The position numbers and the translations under genes are program-made. The notes under the pieces are model-generated. The model made no database searches. It worked only from the letters and a program-made list of their open reading frames with translations, and was not told the DNA's origin. Shown piece after piece: positions 58,341 to 64,000 of a DNA stretch of 64,000 bases. The stretch comes from Thermodesulfobacteriota bacterium (GTDB lineage: Bacteria > Desulfobacterota_D > UBA1144 > Nemesobacterales > Nemesobacteraceae). The DNA lies in the NCBI GenBank assembly GCA_965202785.1, contig OZ241855.1:1536001-1600000 (forward strand), in the 5' to 3' direction. Within the stretch, counting starts at the first letter, position 1. Each line of letters starts with the position of its first letter.

Positions 58341-59037
58341 AAAAGTCGTGGTTGTGACTGGTGCGACAAGAGGAATAGGAAAAGCAATCGCAGTTGAATT
58401 GCTCGAGGCGGGATTTTTTACGGCGCTCTGCTCAAGAAATCTCCAGACTACGGCTTCTCTTGAAACTGAAATATCGTCTTCTGCAGGAAATTTCATGATT
58501 TCCTCCGTCGATATCTCGGTCGAGGAGGAAGTCGAAAGATTCATTTCAAGCGTCGCTGAAAAAAAGGGACAGATTGACGTACTGATCAATAACGCAGGCG
58601 TAGTCTACACCGGTCCGGTAGAAAAAACCGACACCGAGCAATGGGATGAAATGATGGCCGTAAATGCAAAAGGAACCTTTCTCATGGTAAAACATACGCT
58701 TCCGCTTATGCCAAGAGGAGGCCACATTGTAAATATCGGCTCGAACGCTTCAAAAAAAGGCTTTCCCGGGTGGGCAGCCTACTGCGCTTCAAAGTTCGCT
58801 GTCTTGGGTTTTACCAACTCACTTAGAGAAGAGGTAAGAGACAGGGGAATAAAGGTTTCCGCCGTCTTGCCAGGTCCGACCAAAACAGATATATGGGATT
58901 CTCTTGGGGGAGAGTGGAACAGGGCAAAGATGATGTCTCCTGAAATTACAGCGAAAACAGTCCTGTCGGTCATAAACCAGCCCCGCGAAGCGAATATAGA
59001 CGAAATTGATATAGTTCCATCCACGGGTAGTTTATAA
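58333..59037 (+). CDS. Short-chain dehydrogenase/reductase, sepiapterin-reductase-like
   Basis: TGATRGIG, NNAG and YCASK motifs; overlaps PTPS copy B. Confidence 0.85.
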   Translation: MDEKVVVVTGATRGIGKAIAVELLEAGFFTALCSRNLQTTASLETEISSSAGNFMISSVDISVEEEVERFISSVAEKKGQIDVLINNAGVVYTGPVEKTDTEQWDEMMAVNAKGTFLMVKHTLPLMPRGGHIVNIGSNASKKGFPGWAAYCASKFAVLGFTNSLREEVRDRGIKVSAVLPGPTKTDIWDSLGGEWNRAKMMSPEITAKTVLSVINQPREANIDEIDIVPSTGSL

Positions 59038-59066
59038 TTACGAGAGACCGGTCCCGGAAAAAGCAG

Positions 59067-60395
59067 ATGGTAGAGATAGTTTCAGTCGGAATCAGCTACA
59101 AGACAACCCCTGTGGAAGTGAGGGAGAAATTCTCCTTTTCTGATGCGGATATCAGGGAAGCACTCGGAATCCTCCGTTTAAGAGAAAACGTGCTTGAATG
59201 CTTCATAGTGTCCACCTGTAACCGCGTTGAGATCTATGCGGTGACCGAGAACCGTGGAAAATGCGAAGAGGAAATAAGGTCCTTTCTTCTGGATTTCCAC
59301 AAGCTTGCGGACAGAAAACTCTCTCCCTATATGCATACCCGCGTGGGGTCCGATGCGGTTAGACATCTTTTCAGGGTAGCGGCCAGCATTGACTCCATGG
59401 TAATCGGAGAAACCCAGATCCTGAACCAACTCAAAAACTCATATAGCCTGGCGCGTTCCGAGAATACGGTCGGACTCATACTCAACAGACTCTTTAACAG
59501 GGCTTTTTTCGCCGGGAAAAAAGTTAGAGCCGAAACGGGGATCTCATCTCAAGCGGTCTCGATAAGTTACCTTGGGGTGGAGCTTGCAAAAAGAATATTC
59601 GAGAACCTCGCAAACCGCACCGCCATGCTGGTGGGAACCGGGGAAATGGGAGAACTTTTCGCAAAACATCTTATCTCAAGCAACATAAAAGAACTCTATG
59701 TAACAAGCAGAAATTTCCATAATGCAGAAAAACTTTCGCAATCCCTAAAAGGCAAGTCCATCAGGTTTGAAGAGATGCTTTACCGTCTTAAAGACATTGA
59801 TATTCTTGTTACCGCGACCGGGTCTTCTGATTACATAATAAGAAGTGAACACGTAAAACAGTCCCTCAAGCTCAGGAAAAACGATCCGATCTTCATGATC
59901 GATATAGCTGTCCCGCGTGATATAGATCCTAAGATAAACAGAATTCCCGGGGTTTACCTCTACGACATAGACGACCTGAGAGTTGTCCAGGGTGAGAACT
60001 TGAATTCCAGAAAGGAAAACCTCAAGAAAGCCGAAGAAATAGTTCTGAACGTGGAGAAAGGTTTTACGGACTGGATGGAGAGCCTTAAGGTCTTTCCCGT
60101 CATAATCGACATCAAGCAAAAATTCGAGAAAATAAAAAAGACCGAGGTTGAGAAGGCGCTTCGAAAAATCGAGGGCGGTACCGGAGCGCAGGAAGAGATC
60201 CTGGAGAGCCTGGCGAACTCCATAATCGGAAAAATATTTCACGACCCGGTCACCAACCTAAAGAAGAGAACGTCCGGTTACGAAGCGGCTCTTTACTCCG
60301 AGGTAACGAGAAGGCTTTTTGAGCTCGACCCGGTGGATGCCTCGCAGGACGTAACAGATATTTATGACGAAGCTGAGAATTGGGACCAGGGGTAG
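59067..60395 (+). CDS. hemA: Glutamyl-tRNA reductase
   Basis: STCNRVE, SIDSMVIGETQI and DIAVPRD motifs. Confidence 0.96.
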   Translation: MVEIVSVGISYKTTPVEVREKFSFSDADIREALGILRLRENVLECFIVSTCNRVEIYAVTENRGKCEEEIRSFLLDFHKLADRKLSPYMHTRVGSDAVRHLFRVAASIDSMVIGETQILNQLKNSYSLARSENTVGLILNRLFNRAFFAGKKVRAETGISSQAVSISYLGVELAKRIFENLANRTAMLVGTGEMGELFAKHLISSNIKELYVTSRNFHNAEKLSQSLKGKSIRFEEMLYRLKDIDILVTATGSSDYIIRSEHVKQSLKLRKNDPIFMIDIAVPRDIDPKINRIPGVYLYDIDDLRVVQGENLNSRKENLKKAEEIVLNVEKGFTDWMESLKVFPVIIDIKQKFEKIKKTEVEKALRKIEGGTGAQEEILESLANSIIGKIFHDPVTNLKKRTSGYEAALYSEVTRRLFELDPVDASQDVTDIYDEAENWDQG

Positions 60396-61260
60396 CAGGC
60401 TCGCCCTGTTCCAGGCCCGCCTAGTCGAAACGGAACTTCGCACTGCATTCCCTTCACTTGAAACGGAAATAAAGGAAATAAAAACTTTGGGGGATATAAA
60501 CCCCAAAGAAGATATCTCCCGGATGGGCGGCAAGGGCGTCTTCGTAAAGGAAATCGAACAGAGCCTTCTCTCTGGTGAGGTAGACATTGCCGTTCACAGC
60601 ATGAAGGACATGCCCTCGGTTCTTCCGGACGGGCTCGTCGTAGGCTCTGTGCTTAAAAGAGAAGACCCGAGAGATGTTTTTATCTCAGCGGACGGCCGCA
60701 CCCTTGAGCAACTCGGAGGAAAGGGCAGGGTGGGGACCGGAAGCATAAGAAGAAGAGCTCAACTGCTTTTCAGGTTTCCTAACCTCGAAGTCGTTCCCAT
60801 AAGGGGAAATGTCGATACTAGACTAAAGAAAATTTTCTCAGAAAACCTTGACGGAATCGTTCTGGCCGCAGCGGGACTCAACCGGCTCGGGCTTTCCGAA
60901 CGCATTACCCAGCATCTTGCGCAGGATTACATGGTTCCGGCTCCATGTCAGGGAATAATCGCCATAGAATGCAGAAAAGATGATACGGAAACCAGAAACC
61001 TGATATCCGCAATCACGCACGCAGACACAGAAACCGTAGCGGCATTTGAACGCTCTTTTCTAGAAACTTTTGGCGGAGACTGTCAAATTCCGCTTGGATG
61101 CTGCGCGCGAGTGCATCTTGGAAAAATATCGGCACATTCTGTTTTTATAGATATGGAGGAAAAGACAGTTTCCAAGAACACTTGGAAGTGCGATTCGGAA
61201 AAAGCATCCGCTGAAGGATCCCTTATGGCCAAGGACCTTATGGAACGGGCAGGGCTTTAA
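60364..61260 (+). CDS. hemC: Hydroxymethylbilane synthase
   Basis: IGTRGSRLAL, GKGVFVKE, AVHSMKD and RGNVDTRL motifs. Confidence 0.96.
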   Translation: MTKLRIGTRGSRLALFQARLVETELRTAFPSLETEIKEIKTLGDINPKEDISRMGGKGVFVKEIEQSLLSGEVDIAVHSMKDMPSVLPDGLVVGSVLKREDPRDVFISADGRTLEQLGGKGRVGTGSIRRRAQLLFRFPNLEVVPIRGNVDTRLKKIFSENLDGIVLAAAGLNRLGLSERITQHLAQDYMVPAPCQGIIAIECRKDDTETRNLISAITHADTETVAAFERSFLETFGGDCQIPLGCCARVHLGKISAHSVFIDMEEKTVSKNTWKCDSEKASAEGSLMAKDLMERAGL

Positions 61261-61418
61261 CGGCAAAATCCCCCTAGAGTTTAAAATCTGGTTGTTTCAG
61301 ATCCTCTTCCCGGCATCTACCGGCACAGGACCCGGGAACAAAAGTCAGCATAACCCCAAAGGTGTTTTGCTTGACATAATCGGTGTCTTGATTACAGTTT
61401 TCGGTTCATTGCTTCTGT

Positions 61419-61495
<77 letters not shown>

Positions 61496-61672
61496 ATCCA
61501 CTGCTCTATAGCCTTTTTGAGAATTGCAATCACCCCTTCACAGCATTACTCTGAGAAATTCACGATGCTAATGGGGGATTCTTGTTTCTTTTTTAAGCCT
61601 GCTCGGGTTATAATTTGCCATTAAGAGGGTTCTTTTTCGAACCCTAACTTCCGTAAAAAGGGTGGTATCTCT

Positions 61673-63544
61673 TTGCTTGTTATGGTGTCCCTTGCCCTGG
61701 TGCTGGGAGTAATCGGTCAGATGCTCTCCATCAGGACAGGGTTTCCAAGTATCGTATTTTTTCTCATTTTCGGGGTTCTCGTAGGACCGGAATTCTTATC
61801 TCTGGTCCATCCCTCGGAGTTCGGAGAAGGGCTTGAAGTAATAATAAAGCTCTGCGTGGCGATAGTTCTTTTCGAAGCGGGACTTAACCTGAATAAAGAA
61901 GATGCGCTCAGTCACGGAAACATAATACTGCTGCTGATAACCGTGGGCGGGGTGATTACGATGATAGGCGGAGCGGTCTTCGCGCGCTTTGTGGCCAATC
62001 TTTCCTGGGAAATGGCCTTTGTTTACGGTTCTCTGGTCATAGTAACCGGTCCCACGGTCGTTCAGCCCCTGCTGAGGAGATTCAAGGTCAAGCCCAACCT
62101 GAAGCACATACTTGAGTACGAAGGAGTGCTGATTGATCCCATTGGAGCCCTGATAGCTATTTTTGTAGTTGAGGTAGTCCTCATCGAAAGTGCCCTTACC
62201 GCATCCGGACTGGTTCTCGGATTTGGAGGCCACATGATGGAGATAGGTCAGGTAGTGCTTCTTGTCGCCTACAAATTTATAGTAGGAGGGGTTTTGGGTT
62301 TTCTCGGAGGTTATGCTGCGACTTTCGCAGTCAAGAGATTCTATATCTACATGGAAGATTTTGTAGATCTTTTCATGCTTGCCTCCGCGCTTGCCGTCTA
62401 CGGGTTTGCCGAGATGTTGGCTCCGGAGGCCGGACTTGTAGCGGCCATTGTTTCCGGAGCTATAATCGGAAACCTGAATATTCCAGAGGAAGAGGAAATG
62501 AAGAAATTCAAGGGCAAGCTTACGATTCTCGTCATTTCCCTGCTTTTCATTTTTCTTGCGGCAAGCCTTGAACTTGACTACATAAAGGACCTAGGCATCT
62601 ATGGCCTTCTGGTCGTGTTCGGTCTGCTTTTTGTTGTACGTCCGGTGGAAATATTTCTTCTCTGCGTGCGTTCCAGCCTTTCAGTCAGGGAGAAGCTGTT
62701 TCTCTCGTTCGTTTCCCCAAGAGGAATAATTGCCGCGTCAATAGCCTCGATTATCGCTCTGGAACTGCACCAACATGAAATTGAAGGGGGCAATACCGTC
62801 CAGGGGCTGGTTTTTCTCACAATAGCAATCTCGGTTCTGCTCCAGGGGGGTGCGGGAGGCTTTGTATCGAGAGTGCTCGAGGTTAACGATAAAAGAAACA
62901 AGGTGGTGCTGGTGGGAGCTAATAATTTCTCAAGACTTCTGGCAAAACTTCTTGAGAGAGCCGGCAAGGAAGTCTGCCTGATAGACACAAACAGAAGGCT
63001 TGTCGAGATCTCCAAGTCAGAGGGACTAAATGCGGTTGAAGGAAACAGCCTGACCGTGGACGGACTTGAGAAAACGGAGATTTCTTCCCCGGATACTCTC
63101 ATATCTCTTACAACGAGCGATCATGTGAACGTCCTTGCATGCCGTCTGGTTAGAATAGACTTCAAGGTCAACAGCGTGTGCGCACTTATAAACAGGATGG
63201 CAAGTCCTTCTGATATTGAGGACATGCAGAGATTCAGGGTTCCCCTTGCTTTCGGAAAAAAAATTGACGTAATGGACTTATATTCCAGAATTACCGAGCA
63301 GAAATATGTCGTTTTCAGGTCCCGGCTCACCAAAGAGACAATCGATAAAATGGATTTCGATAAATCGCTTACCGAACGTCTGATTCCACTTATCGTGGAG
63401 AGGGAAAGAACTGACGAAGTTTTTGTTTGTCATGAAGGCTTTAACCTCGAAGCGGGCGATATCATATCCATTCTGGATATGGATCCGCTTTTCTCGAGCC
63501 CCGATGTTGTCAGGGAAATGGAAAAAGAGCTAATTGAAGTGTGA
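61673..63544 (+). CDS. CPA1/NhaP-type cation:proton antiporter with TrkA-N domain
   Basis: VTGPTVV, EGVLIDPIG and PRGIIAAS motifs; C-terminal VLVGAN..IDTN Rossmann domain. Confidence 0.9.
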   Translation: MLVMVSLALVLGVIGQMLSIRTGFPSIVFFLIFGVLVGPEFLSLVHPSEFGEGLEVIIKLCVAIVLFEAGLNLNKEDALSHGNIILLLITVGGVITMIGGAVFARFVANLSWEMAFVYGSLVIVTGPTVVQPLLRRFKVKPNLKHILEYEGVLIDPIGALIAIFVVEVVLIESALTASGLVLGFGGHMMEIGQVVLLVAYKFIVGGVLGFLGGYAATFAVKRFYIYMEDFVDLFMLASALAVYGFAEMLAPEAGLVAAIVSGAIIGNLNIPEEEEMKKFKGKLTILVISLLFIFLAASLELDYIKDLGIYGLLVVFGLLFVVRPVEIFLLCVRSSLSVREKLFLSFVSPRGIIAASIASIIALELHQHEIEGGNTVQGLVFLTIAISVLLQGGAGGFVSRVLEVNDKRNKVVLVGANNFSRLLAKLLERAGKEVCLIDTNRRLVEISKSEGLNAVEGNSLTVDGLEKTEISSPDTLISLTTSDHVNVLACRLVRIDFKVNSVCALINRMASPSDIEDMQRFRVPLAFGKKIDVMDLYSRITEQKYVVFRSRLTKETIDKMDFDKSLTERLIPLIVERERTDEVFVCHEGFNLEAGDIISILDMDPLFSSPDVVREMEKELIEV

Positions 63545-63558
63545 GAGGTGAGGAGAAG

Positions 63559-63795
63559 ATGAGTTCCGAGATGAAGTCCTTTGAAAACCTGCTTGATGAA
63601 ATAAAGAAAATCGTCGAGACGCTTGAGGCGGGGAAACTGCCTCTTGATGAATCCATTGAAAAATTCGAACGCGGCGCAAGCCTTATAAAGGAATGTTATT
63701 TAAATCTTGAGAGCGTAAAAAAGAAAATAAGCCTCATAGTGGAAAAAAACGACGGTACTTTTGATCTTGAAGATTTCGGCGACGAAGAGCAGTAA
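63559..63795 (+). CDS. xseB: Exodeoxyribonuclease VII small subunit
   Basis: SFENLL..IVETLEAGKLPLDESIEKFERG. Confidence 0.92.
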   Translation: MSSEMKSFENLLDEIKKIVETLEAGKLPLDESIEKFERGASLIKECYLNLESVKKKISLIVEKNDGTFDLEDFGDEEQ

Positions 63796-64000
63796 ATGAG
63801 TTTTGACACAAGAGATTATCTCTACAGAAGAAAAGAGATCATTGACCGTAGTCTGCGCGAATATCTGCCTCTGGATAAGGCTGAAACAAAACTCCATCAA
63901 TCAATTGCCTACAGCATCAATCCGGGCGGAAAAAGACTAAGACCGATCCTTTGTCTCGCCGCCGCGGAGCTTATATGCGGAAGCCATAAAAACGTTCTGC
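63796..64000 (+). CDS. ispA: Polyprenyl synthetase (IspA), 3'-truncated by the window edge
   Basis: MSFDTRDYL...AYSINPGGKRLRPILCL; follows xseB. Confidence 0.88.
   Translation, partial: MSFDTRDYLYRRKEIIDRSLREYLPLDKAETKLHQSIAYSINPGGKRLRPILCLAAAELICGSHKNVL

Overview
A gene-dense bacterial chromosome segment, mostly housekeeping genes: pepA, ilvE, lipB, lpdA, hrcA-grpE-dnaJ, thrC-like, metH, def, tpiA-secG, nth, pckA, trmI-rsmG-mtnP, ispG-proS, clpB, hflX, nuoM, hemA-hemC, xseB-ispA and three tRNAs (Glu-TTC, Lys-TTT, initiator Met). Gene style suggests a deltaproteobacteria-like lineage, possibly Ca. Dadabacteria; this is inference only. Single-gene accessory inserts are scattered through it: the tail of a type III restriction subunit, an Apea-like HEPN gene, a membrane-anchored hypothetical, a GC-rich epimerase, and a STAS plus Cache-like surface protein behind a G11 tract. 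There are several deletion scars: two antitoxins whose toxins appear cut to about 10 recognisable codons, and a DUF4143 fragment. The best candidate for an undescribed system is two tandem animal-type PTPS paralogs that have reciprocally lost halves of the inter-subunit Cys/Asp-His triad (a predicted obligate heteromer), followed by a sepiapterin-reductase-like SDR. Other candidates are a ThrC-like/CysO-like sulfur-carrier pair beside metH, a Cys-free Mrp/ApbC with a separate SufT, and widespread near-leaderless promoters. I saw no CRISPR array, integrase, transposase or rRNA. All calls come from reading motifs by eye; no database search was run.
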